A stretch of DNA of 64,000 bases from Sphagnum compactum (Eukaryota). Within the stretch, counting starts at the first letter, position 1. Each line of letters starts with the position of its first letter. The translations under genes and the position numbers were made by a program. Under the pieces are notes generated by a model, which saw only the letters and a list, made by a program, of their open reading frames with translations, was not told the origin of the DNA and did no database searches. Location of the stretch: positions 22,806,213 through 22,870,212 of the forward strand of contig OZ234493.1 in the NCBI GenBank assembly GCA_965153455.1, written 5' to 3'. Below are positions 25,761 to 36,826 of the stretch, in pieces.

Positions 25761-26129
25761 CACCCTGTGCAAAAAACCACTCACCAGTCCAATATCCGAG
25801 GGGCTTCACAATCCAACCAAATAAATAAATAAATAAAAATATTGAAAAAAACTTATGTGATTAAATGAACTAAATTCCCCTAATCTTGTAAGGAAATGGT
25901 GTAGCCCATATTCTTATAGTAGTTTGCATTTTTTCAAAATGGCGCAATCATCTCCCAACTTTTCATCTCCTTCAAAAGAATTTCATGCATGGGTCTTCTT
26001 CTCCATTCTCCTTAGCGTCCATCTCAACCCCAAAAATAAGAAAGTGGCAATGTTGAACTAGGGTAAGAATTATTGTCCATCTCTTCAATGCAATATACCC
26101 CAAAAAAAAACACACAACCCCAAACCCAA

Positions 26130-26490
26130 TGGGAAGGCTCAACATGCACTCAAAGTGCCTTGATTCTTTTTCTTTTTCTTTGTTCCCAACATGTTCCCTT
26201 CAAATCCTGAATGAGTTCCCATTAGGTTCTCAATGTGTTGCCAATGTGTTCCCAATAGCACCTCGCTTTAATCCCATATGTTTTGCCCAAAGTCCTCCCC
26301 TTCTCACCTATATATTTGGGCCGAAGCGGGAGGCAATAAATCTTACCATAGAATCTTCTATTTTCTGGGAGCCTCCATAGTTTCAACTATTTTTTTGGCA
26401 ATGGGCCAACCAAATTGGCTCATTGCAAAAAAACAGTTGGACTTGTGAGGCACCCCCAACCAATTAATATGACACAGAATAAGTACCCTA
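26130..26490. mobile_element. Repeat-like insertion with a subterminal hairpin between two divergent promoters
   Basis: Internal GTTCCC repeats and a ~55-nt hairpin CAACT…TTGGCAATGGGCCAA-ccaaa-TTGGCTCATTGCAAAAAAA…AGTTG (~26384-26440). Confidence 0.45.
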
Positions 26491-26639
26491 ACTAAGTAAC
26501 TAAATGATATACAAGAATTCCATATAAGAATTGTTCATATCTTCATTGCAATGAACCCAAAAATAAAAAAAGACATGGCCCCTAACCCAAAAATAAAAGG
26601 AGGCATTGTTGACCCATGTAATATCTTCAATGCCATGTA

Positions 26640-26800
26640 GCCGAAAAACAAAAACGGTGGCTGAGCGGCTGAAGACAAGGACTGACCATGCGCGTCAGCC
26701 CTGTCGCTCAGCCACCACGTCATTCACTTGCCGGCAAGAAAGTCGGGACCGCTCACCTCAGCCTCTAACATGTGCGCAGGCTTAGAGAGATAGAGTGCTC
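26640..26800 (+). promoter_or_regulatory. GC-rich promoter-like island facing the plus strand
   Basis: CTGAGCGG at 26661, TCGCTCAG at 26704, CCGCTCAC at 26749, CATGTGCGCA at 26769, then a GA-rich leader. It mirrors the CWF18 promoter. Confidence 0.5.
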
Positions 26801-27990
26801 CGACGACAGTACTGTAGAGGTGCTGATGAGAAGAAATCGAGCTTAGAATGTAGAGATGAGCAATAGGGAGTGAGCAGCCAGGAAAGGACAGGCAAAAACA
26901 AATCCGCGTAAGCAAAATCCAGAAAATTTTAAACAGGAGTACATAATTTTGTTTACTCGGAAAAAGAAGAACAACAAGACGAAACAGGCATACAAGATCA
27001 AGGAATGTAGGCTAGTAGTAGTAGTGAGGAGTCTGAGGGGGAAGGAGTGTGGAGAAGCGAAAGAGTCGCGCAAGAGTAGCAGCAGCCGGAGCAAGTGGAG
27101 GAGGAGGAGGAGGAGCAGCAAGCAGTGAGAGGGAAAGGGTCGCTGTGTGCACTGGCAAGCAAGCAAGACGGCGGGCCCGGGCAAGGGCAGGCAAGCATCT
27201 GCGCGCTTGTCAGTGCTCCGAAGAAGAGAGAAGCGACGGCTTAGGGTTTAGAGAAGGGTTAGCAAAAAACAATTTCGGAGCTGTTCAGTCTTTTTCTCTT
27301 CTTCCGCAACTATTTCGCGAATTTTCTGCCCAAAAAATCCGCAAAAAATTGGTGTGTGGCGCTGTTGTTGATCTTGCGCCGGATTATTTTTTTCTGAGAG
27401 ATTTGCAGTAGAATGTGTACAAATGAATTTGATTGTTTTTGGAAAGGGAAGAAGAAATTGCCAGCATTAGGTGTGTATTCACAAGAGTCTATCTGTACTC
27501 ACAAGAGTCTCTCTCCAAACACTACATTTAAGCCTGTTGATCTTCTACAACCCTAACCCTACTAAGGTCTCTAGGGTTTTGTAAATCTGATTGGTTTTTT
27601 CGAAAATTTGGACATAAGTTCTCAGTGGGGCATGAATTGATGAATTCTTGCAGCTGCTGTTGTTGAGGTTCTTGAGGAAGAAGGAAACTGGAAACTCTGC
27701 AGACGCCACAGCACTCACTGACAAGCACTAAAAGAGTTTGATCCTGGAACTACTCCTTTTGTTATGTCTCTAGATGTGTTGAATGTACTTGTGCTGCTAC
27801 TTGGGGGGTTCTTAACTCACTGGAGTTTGCACTAGGTTGGCCCTCAGATGTGTTTTGTATATATCTGAGAAACTATGCCAAAGCCACTTTCAGTAATACA
27901 TTTTTTTACAGTGCTGTGGTATGAGCACATTCCTTCTTGTCATGTTTTGTTTTGCGTTGGCCGGAACTGACACAATGTCTAGCTTTGGTG
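26800..27990 (+). ncRNA. Putative spliced long non-coding or micropeptide transcript divergent from CWF18
   Basis: Purine-rich leader-like sequence and telo-boxes (~27241, ~27550). Candidate intron 27471-27653 (AG|gtgtgt…ttcttgcag|). No long ATG-started ORF; best spliced ORF is 41 aa (27413-27721). Confidence 0.35.
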
Positions 27991-28266
27991 TGCTACAGTG
28001 AGGTTTTCACTGCAATCTCATAGATACACATATCATTGTGAATTTTCAGAAACATGGGCATGGCACTCCATCACAATTCACAGATTTGGACAACTGTGAA
28101 ATTACACAGAGCACAGCAAGTAGAAAAAAGAGTGCAACAAGCAAGCAAGCTTCATCTACTATTGTATTATACCAGTTTTCATTATACAAACATCGTGCTT
28201 AACAATAGATACTCAAAAATCCAGAAAGGGACAGAAAATAAGAGCTGAGATTTGGCTATGGGAACA

Positions 28267-28877
28267 TCACGGATTGCTTGCGAGGGACTTGCCTTTTGCC
28301 TTTTGACCTTCAATTGACAATCTGAGAGCTTCTTTGCAATGGGTGCTAGCTAATAGCTTTTGATCATATGCACTCAATCCCTTATCCTCCCCTACCTTCT
28401 TCTCCACTGGTGGTGGGGGCTTGCGTTTCCCAGCTTGAGCTTCTGGCTGCCCAAGTAACCCCCAAGTTGTGCCAGAAGCTGTCACAGCAACAAACCATCT
28501 GCAGGCACAAACTATCTCATAATCTTTTTTGCATTTCTTCTTGAGTTGGTAGATTGTCTAAAGGAAAAAGATAAACCCAAGAGAGATGTAAAAGACCAAC
28601 TGCATTTCAGGCACTCTTGCTCTATGATTTTGAAGGAAGAAGAAGCATGAGAACAGAAACATGAGAGAAATTGGGACAGAAAACCTACCTTCGAGAGACA
28701 TCAAAAGTTGTTATTGTCAGGGATTGATCATTGTCAAGCTGGCATACGAGCTGAGGATAAGGCCTGCGCTACAAGGGAGTGTCCACATCCGACTGGTTCT
28801 CTGCTACGGGATTCACATTGCAGTGATTGGAAAACAGTGGGGCAAAAGAATGCAGAAGATGGTACCCCTACTTTCAT
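28267..28877 (-). pseudogene. Small thylakoid-lumen (Tat signal) protein gene, apparently frameshifted
   Basis: Exon 2 (28267-28498) joins the donor at 28689 to give …RRPYPQLVCQLDNDQSLTITTFDVSRRWFVAVTASGTTWGLLGQPEAQA-GKRKPPPPVEKK…, i.e. twin-Arg, hydrophobic stretch and AxA. The ATG frame (28877, MKVGVPSSAFFCP…) stops at 28734 and is one base out of phase with this frame. Confidence 0.65.
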
Positions 28878-29093
28878 TGCAAGTGCTGCCTGCAGCTTCC
28901 CTCCTGCCTTCTCTCTCCAAACAGGAACAATGACATCAACATGGCACAAGGTTAAAGCACTAACATCAAGCTTCACCTCTGATAAAAATCTGTGGGTGGG
29001 TTTGGATTTCAACAAGATCATGTTGGCAGGTGCTAACTACACAGACAAAATTCAGGAGTGAATGAAATCTTTAACCCTCAGTTTTAGATCACA

Positions 29094-29221
29094 AACTTGA
29101 CTAGATCTGCATATTTTACAATGCTAATTAGGTCATGAATTTGACTAGATGCAAATCCTACAATGTCAATTAGGTCATGAACTTGACTAGATGCAAATCC
29201 TACAATGCCAATTAGGTCATG
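29094..29221. repeat. 3 x ~42-bp tandem repeat
   Basis: AA(C/T)TTGACTAGATGCAAATCCTACAATG.CAATTAGGTCATG at 29094, 29138 and 29180. Confidence 0.92.
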
Positions 29222-30749
29222 AGGTAACATCAAAATTCAAATGATTTGTAACAGCAAATTTGGGAAGAAAGATATAATCATATGGGCTTTAACAAAATGG
29301 ATACAGGAAAAACTGCAGCTGTAAAACTCAAGATGGAGATCAATTTTGGTCAGGAGAAAACAAGACATCTAGAATAGAATCAAAGGTATGATGATGACCA
29401 AGGAAGCTGGGAAACAAAAGCTCAAATTGGGTTGGAAAGAGAGAAGAGATAGAAACTAAACATGATTTTTGCAACAAGATTATTCCAACCAAGAGTACCT
29501 AGTGTTCCTGAACAATGCAGTCCCCCCCTTGAATCAAAACACATATTAATCTCCCCAAATTTTGTCCTTAGATAACCAATCTTATTTTGTCATGTCAACT
29601 TGACTAGCTCACGTTTTGTTTTCTAACCAATGCACAAAGGAGTTGCCTATGGGTCATGTTTTTTGTGTTTGCACCCTTATTATTAATGATTAGATTTATC
29701 AAATATAAATTAATCTAAATAGAATAGCACACATAACTTAAGTTTGTGAAACAAACTATCTACAAAACATAACAAATGACAAGTAAATAATGCTAGCTAA
29801 ATCTAACATAATTGTTGTAATTATTATCTTTGAATCCATTTCTTTCAAAGCTCGTGAAATATACAATGGTTTTTTTCTCACAACCACCAATTTGCTTCTT
29901 ACTATGCTATATTGTGATTAAGATACATGGTGGGGATTATTTTTGAAAGAAATCAATAGGCAAATATCGTGATGTCAATATGATAAATATGCAACTTTTG
30001 TTGGTTTGTATCTACATTTCATTACTAATTCCAACCACAAAACTCAATTCACACATCATTTGGTTCATGTGACTCAACCTTTAAAAGCAACAAATCATAA
30101 CGGAACAATGAAATTAATCTTTGGGCAAGTTCTACTTGTGTGTCCTATATAGAATGTGTGCATTGGTCCAAAATTCCCTAAAATGGGTGTCAAAAGATAT
30201 CACCTACCCAAGCTTATTTTGTAGTTGTACATTCAAGTATGTATGTTGTTTGAGATGAACTCTTGGAAAACACCTTAAAACATGTAAAATAGGTAATGAT
30301 TGTACACTTGTTGTGGGTCATTTTACTATACCTTAGAGAGTGTGAGAGTGCTAATATTTTTCTGCTTCATTGAATTACAAACTAATCTCATGAATGCACT
30401 AAAAACATGTAAAATAAGTAGTGGTTACACTTGCTATGAATCATTCACATTCAAATGTTGTGGGTCATTCTACTATGAAGATACCTCAGGATGCATCTTC
30501 AATGAGGGAGCCTTAAGAAACTCATCTTCTTTCATTAAATTGCAATATGACCTCATAAGTTTCAAGCTTCAAGAAATGCACATGTACCAACCTACAAAGA
30601 ATGAATCATGATTTTGAAAAGACAAAGAAAAAAACCCTTTTGCAAGTTGGAAGTTGTGATCAAATTCTTTTTACCGATAGATGAGGATCTACAATAAGAT
30701 AACAAAGTTTTGTTTGTAACTTGGTTTTTATGTTTGTTTGCTTGCAAGT

Positions 30750-31290
30750 GCTTGTTTGCTTCCTTCTCCCTTTATGAGTGAGGAAAAGGTTGCAACATCT
30801 CTGGAACAAAAGGGGGCTTGCTTCATGTATGAATGAGAAGAAGGTTGCAACATTAAATCCTCAAAGAGAGAGCTTGCTTACTTGATATGGGCAGGAGATG
30901 AAGGTTAATACATTTTTCAAGGGAGTGCTTGCTTGGATCATGTATGAGCAAGGGATGAACATTTTCTCAATCTTGAGAGCGCTTGCTTAAAATTATCTAT
31001 GGGAAAGAAAAAGGTTGCTGCTTGAGAGAGAGAAAGAGCTTGCTTGAATCACATATGAGAAGAACAAGGTTGCAACATTGGGGGGAAGAGAGACAACTTG
31101 CTTGAGTCATGTATGAGAAGAAGAAAGTTGCTTGCAACATTTAGAAATGTCACCTATCTTCTTCATTTCACAACATTTGAGGAGAGAGAGAAAGAGAGAT
31201 TTAAGAGCTTCAATTCTTGAAAAAGAGATTGCTTATTTCATGAATGAACAAGAAGGTTGTCACCTGCCTACTTTCATTTCACAACATTTT
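30750..31290. repeat. Degenerate ~55-60 bp tandem array downstream of the GRAS gene
   Basis: About 7-9 units of GCTTGCTT…CATGTATGAG…AGAAGGTTGCAACATT. Confidence 0.75.
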
Positions 31291-31941
31291 GGGAGAGCGA
31301 AGAGAGAGATGATCTCTGACATAAAATTTTCCTTCAAATCCCTGAGCAAAAAGGAGACAGATTACTGCATCTCCTTTGCCTGAGAGTTTCCTGGAATATA
31401 ATTTCTAGCAAGATAACAACATTCATGTACACATTCATGATTTGCTCGAGTGTCTCTGTAAGAGAACCAAAAAAAAAAACACAACTCCGAATACTCATCC
31501 CTACTGTACTCTAGAGAAAAATCTAGAATCCAATTGTACATGATGAAATTCTAGTCTACAGTCCAGTGTTACACCAGCTATTGTCATGGTGGTGATGGTG
31601 GTAGTGGTGGTGGTGATGGTGGTGGAGGTTCTTTGGCTCCTTCTGATGAGAAAATACTGGTACAAGTCTTAATTTTACAAGGATTTGATAATTTTGCATC
31701 ATGTCAAGCTGCAGCAGCAGCTACACAAACACAAGTTTGCTGCTGCACAGACTTTGAAGCTGGCTCTTGATGCTGATCGATGCTCTTTTGTTCTTATGAT
31801 ACAAGTCTACAGTCTCGGAGCTCAGTCCATGGTTGCTGTTATACTGTGTACAAGAAGAAGTCTGCTCAAAAGTACAAGATGATTGAAGCTTATTGAAGCT
31901 TCAAGGGTGATGGCGTTGCTGAAATCGTTGTTGAGTTGTTG

Positions 31942-34470
31942 TTAGCAAAGTGTCCAAGAAGAGACAGTGATCACAGGTGTGTCTTGCCAGCCAAGAGTGA
32001 TGGCCCCGGGCGGTGTCGTGTTTGATCCCGTCGTCAGCTTGTAAGGCTGCTGCATGTTGTCGTCGTCAGGAGCTGCGGAGGAGGAGCAGGAGGAGGAGGA
32101 AGAAGAAGAAGAAGAAAACGAAGAAGACGACGAAAGAGAACTCCTGGACGTCTGCTGTTGCTGGTACAATCGGACCAAGAGTTGGGCTTGATCCGCGGCG
32201 TATGCACTCAAGGGCAAGCTGCGGAAGCCGGCTTGTGTGAAATAGGAAGTCCAAGCTCCGGAACGGACATGGCGGACGCGACGATCAGTACCTTCGTGAG
32301 CGATGATGTCTCGGATCTGCGGGGCGTACAAGAATTTCTCGATTTGTAGACGTCTCTCACTGTCCATGTGCCGGGCGCCGCCGTCGCATGCTCTTGTTGT
32401 TGTTGTTGCCTCTAGAGCGTCGAAGAGTGCGCAATAGTAGTGAAGCGCTTCCACGAACCGCGTGAGGAACTTGGGTGCATTGAGGTTTGCTTCCGTTTCC
32501 AGGAGCGAGACTATTGCTGGATTCAAAGCTCGGATGGTGTTGCACAAGAAGCTCTGGAGAACAACATCCTTGTCTTCGGCACTAGACCGTCTCGAGTCGA
32601 CCTCCGGCACGGACTTGCATGAGCAGCTCAACAAGGTGTGCAAGACACTGGAGCAATTGACGGCGAGTATCTCGTCGGCTTCCACGCGAATGTTTGTCGC
32701 TTGCAGATTCTCCAAGCTCTCTTGTACCACGCAATACTCAAAAGGAACTTGAAGCGATGCCGCGAAAGCGGCAAGACGCTTGCCTGTTCTGTGCAAAGCG
32801 GAAGCGTCGAGACCGATTGCCGTGATCCGTAGAAGACTCGGAGGAGAAGATCCTCCCAGCTTCCTCACCGCCAGCGCCTGTATCAATCCCGGCCATTGCA
32901 ACCCTTGTCGGATGTCGAGATCCACAATGTGCAGCTTTGGGTGATGAAGAAGCGTCTCTAGAATTGCTTGATTGCCGGTGAAGTGTGCGAATTTCTCGAA
33001 TGGAAGAATCTCGTAGGAGGCCTGGTAAGCCAGATCTGAGTCAAGAACTGGACGTGAAGAAGCTGAAGCAATAGCTGTTAGTGGCGCTGCTGCTGTTGCT
33101 GCTGCACAAGACGTGATCGTATTCTGAGGCTTGCTCGACGTCGAGCGGCAACTCCTCGTCGTCGCGCAGTCCTGCACTAATTCTTTCGTCAATCGTTCGC
33201 CGAGAGCCTCGGCAAAGTAAAATGCAATCCGTTTCATTGGGTCTCCATGCGGTGACGAGTTGGCTCTCAAGCGAATGAGAAGTGCACGCGCGATGTGAAA
33301 GTCGCAGGCGTCCATCGCTTCAGCACATGCCAACAAGAAATGGACAAGATCAAGTCCAGTGTTTTCTTCTTCTTCTTGCTGCTGCTGCTGCTGTTGCAGA
33401 AGACGGAGATTCTCTGCATGTCCTGCACCGACAGCTTGAGCTGATGGGCTTTGAACCGCCGGCGAAGCAGCACAACTTCTCGCGGCAGAATGGGCTGCTG
33501 CATCCCTTGTAGAGCTATGCGGCAGAAGCTGCTGTCCTTGGGAGGAGAACACGGCTTCTGCAGCTCTAGTGTTCGTGAGGCGATGCTGCAACGGCTTCTG
33601 CTGTAGCTGCAGATTAGACTCCGACGGTACCAAGCAAACTTCGTGAGAGAGGATCTGCCCCGGGACGACAAACATCGGCGCTTCGTCCTCCCAGAGACAG
33701 ACCCCAGCAGCTGCTGCTGCTGATTCCATCGCCAGCTCCTCCTGCTGCTGCTGCATCCCGGCATCGTCGCACTGCATCATCACCATCCCCGTCGAAGCGA
33801 CTGGAAAGAAATTCGGGAAGCTGGACAATTGGGCAGCGCCGCAGCTGCCATTAAAGCTCTTGTCCAAGCTCGTCTCGAACTCGAACTCAATCTCGGTGCC
33901 AGAAAACTGCATGTCCGCTGTATCATGAGTCCCTTCCAGCTTTGAAATCGCCGGCCGCGGGCTACAACCCGCACCCATCATCATCAATTCAGAATCTCCA
34001 GCAGCAGCTGCACCTCCCGATGACTCTACCTGTGATGCTTGAAACTCCGGCAACAGCAACGCGAGGTTGGGATCCATCATGCAGTCCATCCAGCTCGCGA
34101 TGTCGGAATCCGACACGCAAACCGTGGGTAGTAGTAACTGGTTTTGATCCGCGAGCTGCGCAGGCGCTACACAGTGCAGATCATCATCATCATCATCAGC
34201 TGCTGTTGCTGCTGCTGGCGGCGGCTCTGCATCCTGAATTCTCTGAAGATTGGACCCTGCATCACTGGAACTGAAGCTGTGTTGCGACGACAGTGAAGCC
34301 GAGGAGTATGAGCGACTGGGTCTCGACGTCGTGGTGATCGACTGCTGCTGCAAGTCCAGGACCGAAGTCGGCTCCATGAATGTGTGGAAATCATCAACAA
34401 CTGCCGCCTCCAACATGGTCACCTTCTTGTTGTTGCAGCTGCTGCATGCAACCAGATTCACAACATCCAT
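31942..34470 (-). CDS. GRAS-family transcription factor (842 aa from the first in-exon ATG; up to 993 aa if upstream exons are used)
   Basis: LVHFLLACAEA, PHGDPMKRIAFYFAEAL, PFEKFAHFTGNQAILE, LHIVDLDIRQGLQWPGLIQALA (VHIID), LRITAIG, PFEY, FLTRFVEALHYYCALFDAL (PFYRE) and the terminal LGWQDTPVITVSSW (SAW). The GRAS domain lies in one exon, preceded by a low-complexity N-terminus with EPTSVLD. Confidence 0.96.
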   Translation of the reverse strand: MDVVNLVACSSCNNKKVTMLEAAVVDDFHTFMEPTSVLDLQQQSITTTSRPSRSYSSASLSSQHSFSSSDAGSNLQRIQDAEPPPAAATAADDDDDDLHCVAPAQLADQNQLLLPTVCVSDSDIASWMDCMMDPNLALLLPEFQASQVESSGGAAAAGDSELMMMGAGCSPRPAISKLEGTHDTADMQFSGTEIEFEFETSLDKSFNGSCGAAQLSSFPNFFPVASTGMVMMQCDDAGMQQQQEELAMESAAAAAGVCLWEDEAPMFVVPGQILSHEVCLVPSESNLQLQQKPLQHRLTNTRAAEAVFSSQGQQLLPHSSTRDAAAHSAARSCAASPAVQSPSAQAVGAGHAENLRLLQQQQQQQEEEENTGLDLVHFLLACAEAMDACDFHIARALLIRLRANSSPHGDPMKRIAFYFAEALGERLTKELVQDCATTRSCRSTSSKPQNTITSCAAATAAAPLTAIASASSRPVLDSDLAYQASYEILPFEKFAHFTGNQAILETLLHHPKLHIVDLDIRQGLQWPGLIQALAVRKLGGSSPPSLLRITAIGLDASALHRTGKRLAAFAASLQVPFEYCVVQESLENLQATNIRVEADEILAVNCSSVLHTLLSCSCKSVPEVDSRRSSAEDKDVVLQSFLCNTIRALNPAIVSLLETEANLNAPKFLTRFVEALHYYCALFDALEATTTTRACDGGARHMDSERRLQIEKFLYAPQIRDIIAHEGTDRRVRHVRSGAWTSYFTQAGFRSLPLSAYAADQAQLLVRLYQQQQTSRSSLSSSSSFSSSSSSSSSCSSSAAPDDDNMQQPYKLTTGSNTTPPGAITLGWQDTPVITVSSWTLC

Positions 34471-35024
34471 CTCTGAATTCAACACAGTGTTCAATTTACC
34501 CTCAAAACCATTACACAACGATCTATGCAGATACGAACAGAAAACACCATGATGCAGATCTCTTCGCGGACCCTAGTGCAGCTCCCGTGGTCCTCTCCCG
34601 CGTGCCAGCAGCAGCTTGAAGCAGTGCCATCTCCAGCTGCATGCAGAGTCTATCATGCTCCAAAGAACTTGCTCCATGATAGTACACTGTGGAGATATAG
34701 CAACCATTTCTGGATCGAGTTCACAGACTAAGTTCCTCACACAACTTCGCAAGAGCCTCTCGATTCTAAAAGAAGAAGAGCAGCAGCGCCTAGGCCCTAG
34801 AGACATCGATCTTCGAGTCTGAGAAAAAGAAAGAATGGTGCTCTTGAAAGAACATTGAGCTTGGCTGCAAAACTAGACCGAGGAGATTTCAATGCTGCCT
34901 GCAGTCGAGAATCCATGGGTGTTTCACGTGGAAGAAGAAGAAGAAGAAGAAGAAGAAGAAGATCTCCACAAACCTTTTGATGTGGTTGGTACTCAAGAAA
35001 TTACAGAGAGTTCTGGCCACATAC

Positions 35025-35552
35025 CTCCATGGTAATTTAGTTGGCGCCTGCAGCAGCAAATGATCCTTGTAGTAACTGGGCCAGCTGTTGCTGCAGCAGC
35101 AGCAGCTCGAAGCTCCATAGCTGCTGTACTCCGGCTGCAAGCTCTGAACTGCAAAATGACATTGACCAAAATGTTCAGCATGACGTAGAAACTTCAATGG
35201 GAAATTACAAACAAGAGTTTTGAAGAAGATTTCTGAAGAAGAAGAGAGTTCAGAATCTGATTTTGCATTACGTACCTGGTGGAGTTGAGGCGGCAGCAGC
35301 AGCAGCAGCAGAAGGCCAGTCTACTTCCTGCTTCCTGCAAGCATGATCATAATTGCTGCAGTCTAAGTGGACCAGCTGCTGCTGCTGCAACAAGCTTGAA
35401 TCTTCAAGCTGCCATTGCAATGGCAACAACAGCAGATCGTCACCTGCAGCAGCATCACTAATATTCCTAAATCTTCTTCTTCTTTTTCTTCTTCTTACCC
35501 AAGCCCCCTCCTGCTGTGGCTGTTGCTGCATCCATGCAACTTGCTCTTCCAT
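35025..35552 (-). CDS. Two upstream coding exons of the GRAS locus (N-terminal extension or spliced uORF)
   Basis: Exon A 35276-35552 (MEEQVAWMQQQPQQEGAWVRRRKRRRRFRN…PPG|gtacgt). Exon B 35025-35148 (tttgcag|…APTKLPW AG|gtatgt). The frame is preserved across the junction. Confidence 0.55.
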
Positions 35553-35597
35553 GTGATTCTTCTTCCCACTGAAACCCCCAACTCTTCTGCTTCTTCT

Positions 35598-35632
<35 letters not shown>

Positions 35633-35904
35633 TTCCTCTTCAAGCAAACAGCTCAGTTCGGGAGGGGCTTACAACGACAGCAACAAGAAGCACCAGCCAT
35701 CACCCAAAACCAACCCCACCCAACACCACAAAACAATTGAAATAAAATCTTAGAACTGCACAGATCTCCAACAAACAGCAAATTCTTTTTCTTTTTGTAA
35801 AATTCTCTCTGGCTCCTCTCTCTCTCTCTGTGTCTCTTTCCCATTTTCCATTCTAGTCTTCACACTTTGCTTTTTCTTTTCCTTTTGCCTCAAACCTATT
35901 ATAA

Positions 35905-36160
35905 TCATGGGCAAACTAAGATTAGGTGAAAATTAAACTATTAAATACTATGATGGGCACACTGAAGATGAGGACAATGGGTACTAAGATTGGACTTTGA
36001 TTAGGAAAACTACTAAAACTATTTTATTATTATGATGGGTACGCTAACATTAGGTTAAATTAGACTACTATTATGATTGTGCGTACTTAATAAGATTAGG
36101 ACTAATAAGATTTGGACAAATTGAATCTCCTTTTTGTATTGGGCACCCTAATAAGCCTAG
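35905..36160. repeat. Degenerate short repeats in the GRAS promoter region
   Basis: About 5 copies of ATGGG(C/T)A..CTAA(G/C)ATTAGG-like sequence. Confidence 0.5.
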
Positions 36161-36694
36161 GAAAAAAATTATTTGGTAGTCCAAATTATTAGCATCACCT
36201 TCTTCATCTGTAGAATGTTGTTTCTACTTTTACATTACCTTCTCACAAGTTAGTGACACAATAATTCCTTTTGTTTATTTATACTAAATTGCCTATTTTT
36301 TCACCACATTCATCAACTCTACAAAACTTTGATTGATTTGATCTAGTAATTGTTGTAGTATTTTTCATTTGCCACTTTCTTGTGGCCACTTCTTGGGGGT
36401 GGGGGGTTTTGGTGGGCGAGGGGACAAGTTTCTAATAACTTGGGGGAGTGTGGGGTAGAGTTTTGAATAACTTGCAAAATGCTTATACTTTCTTTTGTGC
36501 TTCCCAGCATCCAATCCAGCTAGATAGCACCAAAATAGGGTTGGTTGGTTGTTTTTAGCATCCACTCAGGAAGCTTGTGGGGGGTGTAGGGAGATTGCAA
36601 ATTTAGGAGCAAGATCTTTTGAGAAGATTAGGTGAAAGATTCTCTTCCTCTTCCAATACCTAATCTTCTTTCTTCTTCTTCTTCTCCTCTCATC

Positions 36695-36826
36695 TTTTTC
36701 ATATGACCCATTCGTGATACAAAATTGGGTAATTTGAAAAAGTGAGGACCTGAGGAACATCTTTTTTATATGACCCATTCTTCATACAAAATTGGGTGAT
36801 TTGGAAAAGTGAGGATCCGAGGGAAC
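36695..36826. repeat. 2 x ~66-bp tandem duplication
   Basis: ATATGACCCATTC…ATACAAAATTGGGT.ATTTG.AAAAGTGAGGA…GAGGAACA occurs twice. Confidence 0.88.

Noticed and set aside
26800-26850. Minimal hammerhead (CTGATGAG-aa-GAAA)
   Set aside because: No stem II and no compatible stems I and III.
32013-34822. Many overlapping short ORFs across the GRAS gene
   Set aside because: Alternative-frame and antisense shadows of a GC-rich coding exon.
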